From Candidatus Thioglobus sp. MED-G25 (GTDB taxonomy: Bacteria; Pseudomonadota; Gammaproteobacteria; Arenicellales; UBA868), in NCBI GenBank assembly GCA_002456995.1, contig NTKC01000007.1:18705-82704 (forward strand): 64,000 bases of DNA. Reading direction: 5' to 3'. A model generated the notes under the pieces. The model was given only the letters and a program-made list of their open reading frames with translations. It was not told the DNA's origin and ran no database searches. Made by a program: the position numbers and the translations under genes. Positions 1 to 10,722 of this stretch are shown here, one piece after another. Position 1 is the first letter of the stretch; every line of letters starts with the position of its first letter.

Positions 1-433
1 TGCTCTGCAAACACAGACGCCTCTGGTTTGTTTTATTGCCAGTGGAGGTGCCCGAATGCAAGAGTCAATTTTGTCGTTGATGCAAATGGCAAAAACAACT
101 GCTGCACTGAACAAGTTACACGAAGCTGGCTTGCCTTACATTTCAGTTCTTACAGACCCGACAATGGGTGGTGTGTCAGCTAGTATTGCCATGCTGGGTG
201 ACGTTATCATCGCCGAACCGAAAGCGCTGGTTGGGTTTGCAGGGGCTCGGGTGATTGAACAGACTGTTCGTGAGACTTTACCGGAAGGCTTCCAGCGTGC
301 TGAGTTCCTGCTTGAGCACGGTGCCATTGATATGATCGTAACAAGAGATCAAATGTGTTCGGTTATCGCCGGCTTATTGAAAATATTAGCGCCTAGTTCC
401 GGACGTAGCATAGAGGGGGAGCTGGTGTTTTAG
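1..433 (+). CDS. accD: Acetyl-CoA carboxylase carboxyltransferase beta subunit, 5' end cut by the window edge
   Basis: Translation ...[46 protein letters not shown]... is the AccD carboxyltransferase core. It is followed by folC-dedD-cvpA-purF, as in E. coli and Pseudomonas. Confidence 0.9.
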   Translation, partial: ALQTQTPLVCFIASGGARMQESILSLMQMAKTTAALNKLHEAGLPYISVLTDPTMGGVSASIAMLGDVIIAEPKALVGFAGARVIEQTVRETLPEGFQRAEFLLEHGAIDMIVTRDQMCSVIAGLLKILAPSSGRSIEGELVF

Positions 434-497
434 TTCTAGAGAGTGTCTTTTCTCACTTTTATTCAGACTGAAATAGAAACCATCTTCAACAACTGAG

Positions 498-1802
498 TTG
501 CCCGGGCCTTTATCACCTCTGTCGCTGGATCAGTGGCTCGAATATATTCAGTCAGTTCATTTTCGATCGATGGATCTTGCCCTGGATCGTGTACGACGTG
601 TTCTTCATCGGATGAAGCTCCGACTGCCATGTAAAGTGATAACGTTTGCTGGTACGAATGGTAAGGGTTCAACAGTCAGATTTGTTGAGTCGATTTACGT
701 GTCGGCAGGTTATAGAGTCGGTGCTTATACTTCTCCCCATCTAGTTGCCTATGGAGAAAGGATTCAGGTCAACCAATGCCTCGCTGGAGACGATGAGTTA
801 GTGGCGGCGTTCAGTGCAGTGGATCAGGCCCGGCAAGGGATCCCATTGACATATTTTGAGTTTGGGACCTTAGCGGCGCTCTATATTTTTTCGAGCAACA
901 AGCTAGATGTAGTTCTGCTAGAAGTCGGATTGGGAGGCCGACTAGACGCTGTTAATGCGATTACTTCTAACCTCAGTTGTATTACCCCCGTATCACTTGA
1001 CCACGAGGCCTGGCTTGGACGCTCGTGTGAGCAGATAGGGTTTGAGAAAGCCGGCGTTCTTCGTTTCGGCGGTAAAGCGGTGCTCAATGATCATAACGTG
1101 CCAACTTCGATCGTCGATAGGGCAGTTCGGTTGAAATGTAAGATAAAAAGGATCGGTATAGATTACAGTTATACGGTATCGGACGGTCTCTTGGACTGGA
1201 ACCCCGATCCGTCGCGATGGGGTGCGGCAAGGGCATATGCTGACCTGCAGGTCCCGGGGTCGGGAGACGATGCTGTTCTACACAACGCTGCAGGGGCGGT
1301 TGCAATCGTTGAGTCGATGAACGCAGATCTACTTGTCCATAAAAATGCAGTTCGCAAGGGTTTAGCAAACACAGAATTGTTTGGTCGCGTCCAGGTGTTG
1401 CAGGGTGGAATCGAACGACTATTTGATGTCGCTCACAACCCGGCTGCTATAGCCAATCTGGCCTCATTCATTGATAAGCGTCATCCTGTGAGGCGTAACC
1501 ACGCTGTATTTTCCATGCTGAAAGACAAAGACCTGGCTGAAGTCGTGCGTCTTATGGGTTCTAGAATTGCCAGTTGGCACCTGACCCAACTGGATGCTTC
1601 TCGGGCAGCCCCACTACAGGACTTGGCTGATGTTGTGTCTGACCATTCGAATTCGGAAATAAAGACGTGGCCTAACCCTTTACATGCCTACAAAATGGCT
1701 ATGCAGCTGGCCCGCCCCGGCGACAGGGTAGTTGTTTTCGGATCGTTTTATCTTGTGGGTGCTATACTCAAATCAGTTTTAGAAGACCCTCTTCAGGCGT
1801 GA
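498..1802 (+). CDS. folC: Bifunctional folylpolyglutamate synthase / dihydrofolate synthase
   Basis: Mur-ligase-type ATP motif TFAGTNGKGS. Length 434 aa. Lies between accD and dedD. TTG start at 498; the exact start is uncertain. Confidence 0.9.
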   Translation: MPGPLSPLSLDQWLEYIQSVHFRSMDLALDRVRRVLHRMKLRLPCKVITFAGTNGKGSTVRFVESIYVSAGYRVGAYTSPHLVAYGERIQVNQCLAGDDELVAAFSAVDQARQGIPLTYFEFGTLAALYIFSSNKLDVVLLEVGLGGRLDAVNAITSNLSCITPVSLDHEAWLGRSCEQIGFEKAGVLRFGGKAVLNDHNVPTSIVDRAVRLKCKIKRIGIDYSYTVSDGLLDWNPDPSRWGAARAYADLQVPGSGDDAVLHNAAGAVAIVESMNADLLVHKNAVRKGLANTELFGRVQVLQGGIERLFDVAHNPAAIANLASFIDKRHPVRRNHAVFSMLKDKDLAEVVRLMGSRIASWHLTQLDASRAAPLQDLADVVSDHSNSEIKTWPNPLHAYKMAMQLARPGDRVVVFGSFYLVGAILKSVLEDPLQA

Positions 1803-2369
1803 ATGCCACAGCCCAACGATTATTCGTTTGATTTAAAGCATCGACTTGTTGGCGCAACAGTTTTAATCGTCGCTGCGGTAATCGTTCTTCCCTTAGTCTT
1901 AACAGGTCAAAAACAAGGCCATCGCCATGTATTAATCGGCAACGGTGGCACGTCGGTACCAATTCAGAAGACGTTTATCTCGCGGATAGAGGTAGACAAT
2001 CCTGATGTCTCTGCAGAGACCGTTAAAGACAAACCTGAACCAAGTAAAGAGACCGATTCACAAGAGTCTGCTAAGGATGTAAAAAATCAGGGAAATAACG
2101 ATAATCGACCAGTGGCAGATACGGTTGGATCTCCTTCTGGCTGGGTAGTTCGCGTGGGCGTGTTCCAACTACCTGAAAATGCGAACAAAAGGCAGTCTCT
2201 GCTTGACGAAAATGGATTTAACGTCAACTTAGAAGAAACCAAACTGGATGGCAAGACAGCGATCAGGGTGTTTCTGGGACCGTTCTCAAGCGAGGAAGAG
2301 GCTGAACGCATGAAAGCACAAGCTGTCATGGTGACAAACGATAAAGCTTTTGTTGCGCGCTATCCGTAG
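1803..2369 (+). CDS. dedD: SPOR-domain cell-division protein (DedD-like)
   Basis: N-terminal TM helix (LVGATVLIVAAVIVLPLVL), a charged low-complexity linker, and a C-terminal SPOR-like segment GWVVRVGVF...AIRVFLGPFSSEEEAERM. Conserved position between folC and cvpA. Confidence 0.7.
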   Translation: MPQPNDYSFDLKHRLVGATVLIVAAVIVLPLVLTGQKQGHRHVLIGNGGTSVPIQKTFISRIEVDNPDVSAETVKDKPEPSKETDSQESAKDVKNQGNNDNRPVADTVGSPSGWVVRVGVFQLPENANKRQSLLDENGFNVNLEETKLDGKTAIRVFLGPFSSEEEAERMKAQAVMVTNDKAFVARYP

Positions 2370-2407
2370 ATGCAGACCCGATTAAGAGTTAATCCACAAG
2401 GGAGGTA

Positions 2408-2911
2408 TTGGTGTTGGGCTTGGTAAATCTCGATCAAATCATCTGGGTTGATGCTGTCGTAATTGCAGCCCTAGTCTTATCGTTTGGGTTCGGTATTGTC
2501 CGCGGGATTGTGCGTGAAGTCCTTTCCTTGAGTTCTTGGATTGTTTCAATATGGATAGCCTATCTGTATGGGGACAATCTAGCCATTATGATCGTGCCCT
2601 GGATTGAGTCTGAACGACTTAGTGGATTGATCGGTTACGTGCTGGTTTTTGTGGCAGTCCTTGTTCTGCTTTCGATGGTTGGGGCCCTGCTATTTAAGAT
2701 TTTCCGGGTATCTGAACATTCTGGCACTGATCGGTTCTTGGGAGGATTGTTTGGTTGTCTACGGGGTGTCGTGATAGTTACAGTATTGTTATTTATGGCG
2801 GAGTGGACGCCAGCAACCGGCCAGGCGTGGTTCAGAGATTCCCAGATCGTGCCATACTTCGAGGCTCCGCTCACTTGGTTCAAATCCAAGGTAGTGGATC
2901 AGTTAAATTGA
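2408..2911 (+). CDS. cvpA: Colicin V production protein CvpA (membrane protein)
   Basis: About four predicted TM helices, the FGIVRGIVREVLSL motif typical of CvpA, and synteny upstream of purF. The start is ambiguous (TTG 2408, GTG 2411, TTG 2414) behind GGAGG at 2401. Confidence 0.8.
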   Translation: MVLGLVNLDQIIWVDAVVIAALVLSFGFGIVRGIVREVLSLSSWIVSIWIAYLYGDNLAIMIVPWIESERLSGLIGYVLVFVAVLVLLSMVGALLFKIFRVSEHSGTDRFLGGLFGCLRGVVIVTVLLFMAEWTPATGQAWFRDSQIVPYFEAPLTWFKSKVVDQLN

Positions 2912-2979
2912 GACACCTTCCAGCAAGGTGGCGCAAAGAAGAACAGTAGTTGAACCAATAGGAAACAGGGTAACTAACC

Positions 2980-4497
2980 GTGTGTGGTGTGATAGGCATA
3001 GTCAGTCAATCGCCAGTCAATTACGCGATCTATGAGGCACTCACTGTGGTGCAGCATCGGGGTCAGGATGCTGCGGGCATGGTGACTTGTGACGATCTAC
3101 GTGTCCATCTGCGTAAGGACGGCGGTTTGGTCAGGGATGTGTTTCAGTCCCGTCACATGGCACAGTTGGTCGGTAATGTTGGCATAGGCCATGTGCGATA
3201 TCCAACCGCAGGTAGTGATTCTAAAGCTGAAGCACAACCGTTGTATGTGAATTCACCATATGGGATTGCGCTTGGCCACAACGGGAATTTGACTAACGCT
3301 GCCGAACTGAGTGAAGAGCTATTTCGGGAAGATCTGAGACAGTTGAACACCAACTCAGATTCCGAGGTCTTGTTGAACGTATTTGCACATGAACTTCGCG
3401 AGTCGATCGGTACTAGTCGACTTCAACTGGAGCCTGACGATATTTTTAGGGCAGTGGGCCGTGTGTATGAACGTTGTCATGGCGCCTACGCGGTGGTTGC
3501 CATGATAGTAGGGTATGGACTCGTTGCTTTTCGAGATGCCCATGGTATTCGCCCACTGATTCTCGGTGAGAAACCCGGTGTTGACCATAAATCTGTGCTG
3601 ATAGCGTCAGAAAGCGTTGCTTTAGATGTTCTGGACTACAGCAGTCTCGGTGATGTCGGAGCAGGAGAAGCTGTTTTCGTGGACCTTAAAGGCAATATTC
3701 ATAGGAAGTTATGTTCTAAACGGTCGAGCCTTTCGCCTTGCATATTCGAGTACGTGTACCTGGCTCGCCCGGATTCAATTATTGACGATGTTGCTGTCTA
3801 CAAGAGTCGCTTGAGAATGGGTGAAAAACTCGGTCACCGGCTTTTGGAAATTTGGCCAGACCACGATATAGAAACGGTGATACCCGTGCCTGATACCAGT
3901 AGAACATGTGCTTTGCAGTTGGCAAATGTTATTGGCGTTAAGTACCGCGAGGGGTTTATAAAAAATCGTTACATTGGGCGGACATTTATCATGCCGGGTC
4001 AGGCTGAACGACGTCGATCTGTAAAGCAGAAACTTAATGCGATTGATCTCGAATTTCGAGGTAAGAATGTGTTGCTGGTTGATGACTCGATTGTCAGAGG
4101 GACGACCTCACACCAGATTATTCAGATGGCACGTGAAGCCGGAGCGCGGAATGTCTACTTTGCATCCGCTGCACCTCCGGTTAAGTACCCCAATGTATAC
4201 GGTATTGATATGCCGGTGGCGGGAGAGTTGGTCGCAAATAATCGTACTACAGACGAGGTCTGTCAGCAGATAGGGGCAGATTGGCTGATCTATCAGCAAC
4301 TGGAAGATCTAGTTGATGCAGTCCGAGAGGGGAATCCGTTGATAGAAACTTTTGATTCTTCCTGCTTCGATGGTAATTATGTCACTGGAGATGTGACATG
4401 GGATTACCTGGCCGCACTGGAAAAGCAGAGAAACGATGGGACAAGAAGCAGTAAACGAAATGAGCTCGATTCTACTGAGCCAAGCGTAATTCACTGA
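2980..4497 (+). CDS. purF: Amidophosphoribosyltransferase
   Basis: N-terminus MCGVIGI (Ntn catalytic Cys directly after the GTG start). PRPP-binding motif VLLVDDSIVRGTT. 505 aa. Confidence 0.95.
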   Translation: MCGVIGIVSQSPVNYAIYEALTVVQHRGQDAAGMVTCDDLRVHLRKDGGLVRDVFQSRHMAQLVGNVGIGHVRYPTAGSDSKAEAQPLYVNSPYGIALGHNGNLTNAAELSEELFREDLRQLNTNSDSEVLLNVFAHELRESIGTSRLQLEPDDIFRAVGRVYERCHGAYAVVAMIVGYGLVAFRDAHGIRPLILGEKPGVDHKSVLIASESVALDVLDYSSLGDVGAGEAVFVDLKGNIHRKLCSKRSSLSPCIFEYVYLARPDSIIDDVAVYKSRLRMGEKLGHRLLEIWPDHDIETVIPVPDTSRTCALQLANVIGVKYREGFIKNRYIGRTFIMPGQAERRRSVKQKLNAIDLEFRGKNVLLVDDSIVRGTTSHQIIQMAREAGARNVYFASAAPPVKYPNVYGIDMPVAGELVANNRTTDEVCQQIGADWLIYQQLEDLVDAVREGNPLIETFDSSCFDGNYVTGDVTWDYLAALEKQRNDGTRSSKRNELDSTEPSVIH

Positions 4498-5246
4498 GTA
4501 AGGACAAGCTCCTCACGCTGATCGCCGTAGTAGAGCGTGATCAAATTATCTTTTAACACGGCCGCACTGGGTGCGTTTGCCCAATCACCGAGGACTACAC
4601 GGTAAGCAGTATCCCTGTCGTTCAACTCAATCCTGTGTATGCCCGGGCGGTGTGTGTGTCCATGAATCATCACGCGGGCGCTGGTCTGATTGAATTCATC
4701 TACGACTGCAGACTGATTTACATCCATTATGTTCAGGGGTTTTGTCGACTTTCCATATTCACTGCGGTATCGGACAGTTTGGGCGAGCTTGTCTCGCTCC
4801 TGAATGGGTTTCCGCAGAAAGTTGAGCTGCCAGTCTTGAGTTCGGACCGCTTTACGAAAAGCCTGATGCTCAATATCATCAGTGCAAAGACTGTCTCCAT
4901 GGAGTAGCAGCGCTTTACAGCCTCGAGTCTCAAGTAAGAACGGTTCCTTGATTAAAGCACACCCGGTGCGTTTGCTGAACTCAGGGCCGAGTAGAAAATC
5001 TCGATTACCGTGAAGGACCGAGATCGTCATGCCGGTACTCGAAGTATCTTTCAGAATCCGCTCGTAATCAGATTGCCCAAGGTGCTCTGATGCGTCGTCA
5101 CCCAGCCAGTACTCAAATAAGTCACCCAAAATAAACAACTGTTGAATTCCCAATACCGCTAAGTCACTGAGGTAGTCGCTAAAGCGATCTCCCAAGGCCG
5201 TTTGGTCCGGGGTCAGATGGAGGTCAGAGATAAAAGCGATACTCAA
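4491..5246 (-). CDS. lpxH: UDP-2,3-diacylglucosamine diphosphatase
   Basis: Metallophosphoesterase motifs ISDLHL, GDLFEYWLGDD, HGNRD and GHTHRP. 251 aa. TTG start. The 3' end overlaps the purF 3' end by 7 nt. Confidence 0.85.
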   Translation of the reverse strand: MSIAFISDLHLTPDQTALGDRFSDYLSDLAVLGIQQLFILGDLFEYWLGDDASEHLGQSDYERILKDTSSTGMTISVLHGNRDFLLGPEFSKRTGCALIKEPFLLETRGCKALLLHGDSLCTDDIEHQAFRKAVRTQDWQLNFLRKPIQERDKLAQTVRYRSEYGKSTKPLNIMDVNQSAVVDEFNQTSARVMIHGHTHRPGIHRIELNDRDTAYRVVLGDWANAPSAAVLKDNLITLYYGDQREELVLTQ

Positions 5247-5600
5247 TTCAGGAGTAATCCATTAAATATAATTTATGAAGCCACGATCAGTAGGCAGTCT
5301 CACCTGCATTGATGATTCCGTCAAATTTCGTTTGCCCGGACGGCACGTATTGGCTTTGCAAACTGTAGTCGGAGAGACTCTCTATTCTGTTGACTTGGAA
5401 ATGAGTGCAGCGTATCCAAGTCCCAGATTGGGAAACTGCACTGGTTAAGCATGGAATCGTTTTGTGTTCGAGCGTCTATTAATGGCACAGAATCAATTTA
5501 CAGAGACTTAAACATAAAGCTATACTTTAAGGTTTACGGGAAGTGACTTGAATAATAGCTCGAAGGTTTGTTTCGATAGGCAGCTAAAAGAGGTGAGCAA

Positions 5601-7337
5601 GTGATACTGAGTGGTGCGGAAATCGTCGTCCAGAGTCTCAAGGATGAGGGAGTTGAATTTGTGTTTGGCTATCCGGGTGGTGCAGCTTTGCACATCTACG
5701 ACGCGTTCTACAAACAAGAAGATGTACAGCACATACTTGTTCGTCATGAGCAGGGTGCAACCCATGCGGCTGATGGATATGCCCGGGCGACTGGCAAGCC
5801 AGGTGTCGTACTGGTTACGTCAGGTCCGGGTGTGACTAACGCGGTAACCGGTATTGCAACAGCCCACATGGACTCCATTCCGATGGTTGTACTGACCGGC
5901 CAGGTTCCAACGGCGCTAATTGGAGATGATGCGTTTCAAGAGGTCGATACGGTTGGAATTACGCGCCCGTGTGTCAAACACAATTTCCTCGTCAGCAGAG
6001 TGGAAGACCTCGCGCAAGTGATAAAAAAAGCCTTTTTTATTGCGAATTCTGGAAGACCAGGGCCGGTGGTTGTGGATATTCCTAAGGACATTACTGCCCA
6101 AAGTACTGAATACAAGTATCCCACCAGTGTTGAGATGCGTTCCTATGCTCCAGTCTCGAGAGGTCATCCTAAACAGATTAGCCGAGCCGTTGATCTGTTG
6201 TTGGGTGCCGATAAACCCATAATTTATACCGGTGGCGGAATTATCCAAGGTGGTGCTGCCGATGAACTGACTCAATTGGTCAGGGAACTCGAATTTCCCT
6301 GCACTAACACCCTCATGGGCTTAGGAGGGTTTCCGTACAAGGATCCGCTCTTCCTCGGGATGCTGGGTATGCATGGCACCTATGAATCCAATATGGCAAT
6401 GTATGACTGTGATGTCATGCTGGCGGTAGGAGCTCGATTCGACGACCGGGTAACCGGAGACCTGACCAAGTTTTCGCCTAATTCAACAATTATCCATGTG
6501 GATGTTGATCCATCTTCTATCGGAAAGAACGTCAGTGTGGAAGTGCCAATAGTGGGTGAAGCCGCGCCAGTGCTTCGTGAAATGCTGAGTATTGTAAAAG
6601 CTAGAAAGGCTGATGGGGTAGTGCCTGACATCGGACAGTGGTGGGACAGAATCGAGGAGTGGCGAGCATTCAAATCATTCGAATATGATCGAGAGTCTGC
6701 GAAGATAAAACCTCAATATGTAATTGAGACGTTACATAAGATCACCAACGGCAATGCTTTTGTTACTTCCGATGTGGGTCAACATCAGATGTGGGCTGCA
6801 CAGCATTACGGATTTAACGCAAGCCGGCGTTGGATTAATTCTGGTGGACTCGGCACCATGGGGTTCGGCCTACCAGCTGCGATGGGCGTGCAACTGGCTC
6901 ATCCCGATGAGCAGGTTGCCTGTATCACAGGTGAGGCGAGTATTATGATGTGCATCCAGGAACTGTCTACCTGTAAGCAATACAATTTGCCTGTGAAGGT
7001 GATCAATCTGAATAATCGCTATATGGGGATGGTGAGACAGTGGCAGGAGTTTTTTTACGATGGGCGTTACTCTCACTCTTACATGGACGCATTACCTGAT
7101 TTTGTTGCTCTCGCCGAAAGTTTCGGTCATGTAGGAGTTCGGATTGAAAGTCCAGCTGATGTTGAAGGTGCGTTGGAAGAAGCTTTTGCCCAAGAGAACC
7201 GATTGGTGTTTATGGATTTTATAACGGACCAGTCTGAGAATGTCTATCCGATGATAGCTGCGGGCGGGGGGCACAACGAAATGCACCTTAAACCTTCCGA
7301 GGCGGATGATGTTCTGCTCGAACGGGAACTGGCCTAG
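5601..7337 (+). CDS. ilvI: Acetolactate synthase large subunit
   Basis: ThDP-enzyme family: GYPGGA, SGPGVTN, GGLGTMGFGLPAAMG. Immediately followed by the ACT-domain small subunit. GTG start behind GAGGTG. Confidence 0.9.
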   Translation: MILSGAEIVVQSLKDEGVEFVFGYPGGAALHIYDAFYKQEDVQHILVRHEQGATHAADGYARATGKPGVVLVTSGPGVTNAVTGIATAHMDSIPMVVLTGQVPTALIGDDAFQEVDTVGITRPCVKHNFLVSRVEDLAQVIKKAFFIANSGRPGPVVVDIPKDITAQSTEYKYPTSVEMRSYAPVSRGHPKQISRAVDLLLGADKPIIYTGGGIIQGGAADELTQLVRELEFPCTNTLMGLGGFPYKDPLFLGMLGMHGTYESNMAMYDCDVMLAVGARFDDRVTGDLTKFSPNSTIIHVDVDPSSIGKNVSVEVPIVGEAAPVLREMLSIVKARKADGVVPDIGQWWDRIEEWRAFKSFEYDRESAKIKPQYVIETLHKITNGNAFVTSDVGQHQMWAAQHYGFNASRRWINSGGLGTMGFGLPAAMGVQLAHPDEQVACITGEASIMMCIQELSTCKQYNLPVKVINLNNRYMGMVRQWQEFFYDGRYSHSYMDALPDFVALAESFGHVGVRIESPADVEGALEEAFAQENRLVFMDFITDQSENVYPMIAAGGGHNEMHLKPSEADDVLLERELA

Positions 7338-7341
7338 CTGA

Positions 7342-7830
7342 ATGAGAAGAATAATTTCCTTGCTGGTGGAAAATGAGGCTGGGGCGCTATCTAGAATAGC
7401 AGGCCTCTTTTCAGCTCGCGGTTACAACATCGAATCCTTGACTGTTGCACCCACTGAAGATGAAAGCCTTTCTAGAATGACCATAGTCACCCGGGGCTCT
7501 GATGCGATTATCGAACAAATTACTAAGCAGTTGAATAAGCTTATAGATGTCGTTCGATTGGTTGATCTAACCGAAGGTCGTCATATTGAGCGCGAGTTGA
7601 TGCTGATAAAAGTTATCGCAGAACGTGAGGAACGCGAAGAAGTTAAGCGACTTGTCGATATATTTCGCGGTCGAATCATCGACGTGACTAATAGCACTTA
7701 TACCATCGAGTTGACAGGTCCGGTTGGAAAACTCGATGCATTTATTGAAACGCTCCAGGGAGTGGAAGTGGTTGAAGCGGTCCGCTCGGGAGTATCCGGT
7801 ATATCACGTGGAGATCGAGCGTTGCGCTAG
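7342..7830 (+). CDS. ilvH: Acetolactate synthase small (regulatory) subunit
   Basis: ACT-domain N-terminus ISLLVENEAGALSRIAGLFSARGYNIESLTV. 162 aa. Lies between ilvI and ilvC. Confidence 0.9.
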   Translation: MRRIISLLVENEAGALSRIAGLFSARGYNIESLTVAPTEDESLSRMTIVTRGSDAIIEQITKQLNKLIDVVRLVDLTEGRHIERELMLIKVIAEREEREEVKRLVDIFRGRIIDVTNSTYTIELTGPVGKLDAFIETLQGVEVVEAVRSGVSGISRGDRALR

Positions 7831-7870
7831 TAGGTTTTACCACACATTCTGATCTCATCAAATTTACTGA

Positions 7871-8917
<1,047 letters not shown>

Positions 8918-8972
8918 AATAGGAGCATCATGTTCAGCGGCAGATGATTTTTTCTTGAAGGCCTAGTTAATT

Positions 8973-9608
8973 ATGATCGCCCGAGAGGGGTGGACGCGTA
9001 TAGCCATATTTGCGTTGTTGGCTTTTGGGGTGCAGGTTTTCGCAGGCACAATTTGGGCGCTACCGTTGTGGTTATTGCTACTGCTGGTGATACAGTTTTT
9101 CAGGGACCCTGATCGCGAAATACCTCAGCAGCCTGGAGCAATCGTCTCACCAGCTCATGGGCGCGTTGTTGCAATCGAAAATGTCGTAGACCCCTACGTA
9201 GAACGCCGCGCACTCAAGATTAGTATCTTTATGAACATATTTTCTGTTCATTCTAATCGAACTCCGGTAGATGGCGTTGTTGTTAAGAAGTGGTATGAAA
9301 AGGGTCAATTCTTGAATGCTTCACTGGATAAGGCGTCTGAATTAAATGAAAGATCCGCTGTGCATTTTCGTACCAAGGATGGCTGGGATGTCACCAGTGT
9401 TCAGATTGCTGGTTTAGTTGCCAGGCGTATCCTTTGTTATCTAAAAAACGGCCAGGAAGTAGAACGGGGCGAACGCTACGGTTTTATCCGATTTGGCTCA
9501 CGTGTCGATCTATATCTACCTGAGGATACTTATGTGGTTGCGCAACTCGGTCGCTGGGTATTGTCTGGAACTGACATAATCGGTTTTTTGCCGGTCTCTG
9601 AGCGCTAG
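8973..9608 (+). CDS. psd: Short-form phosphatidylserine decarboxylase proenzyme
   Basis: 211-aa membrane-anchored protein with C-terminal GFIRFGSRVD (the G-S self-cleavage-type motif of the Psd family). Directly upstream of pssA. Confidence 0.75.
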   Translation: MIAREGWTRIAIFALLAFGVQVFAGTIWALPLWLLLLLVIQFFRDPDREIPQQPGAIVSPAHGRVVAIENVVDPYVERRALKISIFMNIFSVHSNRTPVDGVVVKKWYEKGQFLNASLDKASELNERSAVHFRTKDGWDVTSVQIAGLVARRILCYLKNGQEVERGERYGFIRFGSRVDLYLPEDTYVVAQLGRWVLSGTDIIGFLPVSER

Positions 9609-9610
9609 TT

Positions 9611-10435
9611 ATGGCAACGGGGAAAAGAATCCACAAGCTCGAACGAGCCGATAGAGGTCGAAAGGGCATCTATATACTGCCGAACCTGTTTACGACCGCC
9701 AGTCTTTTTGCAGCGTTTTACGGGATCGTGCAAGCCACAAACGGCTTCTATGAACATGCTGCCATCGCCATAATCGTAGCCGCCGTGCTTGATAGCCTTG
9801 ATGGTCGGGTCGCGCGGATGACAAACACGGTAAGTGATTTTGGCAAAGAGTACGATAGTCTTGTTGATCTTGTTGCGTTTGGACTTGCCCCGGCTCTGGT
9901 TCTCTATGAGTGGGGATTGAAGGATTTTGGGAAACTAGGGTGGTTGACTGCATTTATCTACGCGGCTACCACGGCTCTGAGACTCGCCCGTTTTAATACT
10001 CAAGACATCAAAGGCAACAAATATTTTCATGGGTTACCATGCCCGGCTGCGGCTGTGCTGATTGCGACTGCCCTTTGGGCAGTGGAGAGTTATGGTTTGA
10101 CGGGTACGTGGACAGTTGTGACGGCGCTGCTGGCGATGATAGCGCTGTCTGCAGCAATGGTGAGCTCTTTCCACTATAGGAGCTTCAAAGATCTTGACTT
10201 GAAACATCGGGTGCCATTCATGACGCTTCTGGCCCTTGTGCTAGTCTTTGTGCTGATTTCGTTTGATCCACCTGTTGTGCTTTTGCTGCTGTCGGCTGGT
10301 TTTGCACTATCCGGTCCATTCTTCTGGTTATTTGGAAAGAAACCAGAATCCTACGATCTTGCCGATGAAAGCGACATTGAGATTGAGGATGAGGAAACAG
10401 AAATTCGAACAGTAGGCAGTGGGGTTGATAAATAA
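9611..10435 (+). CDS. pssA: CDP-diacylglycerol--serine O-phosphatidyltransferase (CDP-alcohol transferase type)
   Basis: CDP-alcohol phosphatidyltransferase motif DGRVARMTNTVSDFGKEYDSLVD. Multiple TM helices. Lies after ilvC, as in Pseudomonas. Confidence 0.85.
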   Translation: MATGKRIHKLERADRGRKGIYILPNLFTTASLFAAFYGIVQATNGFYEHAAIAIIVAAVLDSLDGRVARMTNTVSDFGKEYDSLVDLVAFGLAPALVLYEWGLKDFGKLGWLTAFIYAATTALRLARFNTQDIKGNKYFHGLPCPAAAVLIATALWAVESYGLTGTWTVVTALLAMIALSAAMVSSFHYRSFKDLDLKHRVPFMTLLALVLVFVLISFDPPVVLLLLSAGFALSGPFFWLFGKKPESYDLADESDIEIEDEETEIRTVGSGVDK

Positions 10436-10722
10436 TGATTCGTCGTTATACTGCCGATTAAATAAACAAGGTTACTTAAAGTGTACCCAAACACCTGTAG
10501 TTTTTGTCTTGCTAGCAAACCTCGAAGAGAGTTGTCATGCTCTTTTCGATTGGGTCTAGCGGTTTGCGATCTTCTGCTGCGCTGTTAAGCGCATCATACC
10601 CCCTCCAACTAAAACTTAACCAGACCAACTGTTCTACATCGTTGCAAAACGATGCTACGTACAGATAATTGCGGTGGGCCCCAGTCTGGTATTCAGCTAA
10701 ATTAGCAGAAGCGAGGTGCACG

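Noticed and set aside
10512-10721. 69-aa minus-strand ORF in the pssA-leuA spacer
   Set aside because: It has a GTG start with no RBS and no recognisable domain. It sits in what is more plausibly the leuA promoter and 5' UTR. I cannot exclude it, but there is no positive evidence.
10436-10722. Possible leu-type leader-peptide attenuator upstream of leuA. There is a 43-codon uORF from ATG 10538 and a GCAA-tetraloop hairpin at 10637-10654.
   Set aside because: The uORF has no run of consecutive Leu codons, and no terminator U-tract follows the hairpin. There is no support for classical attenuation.
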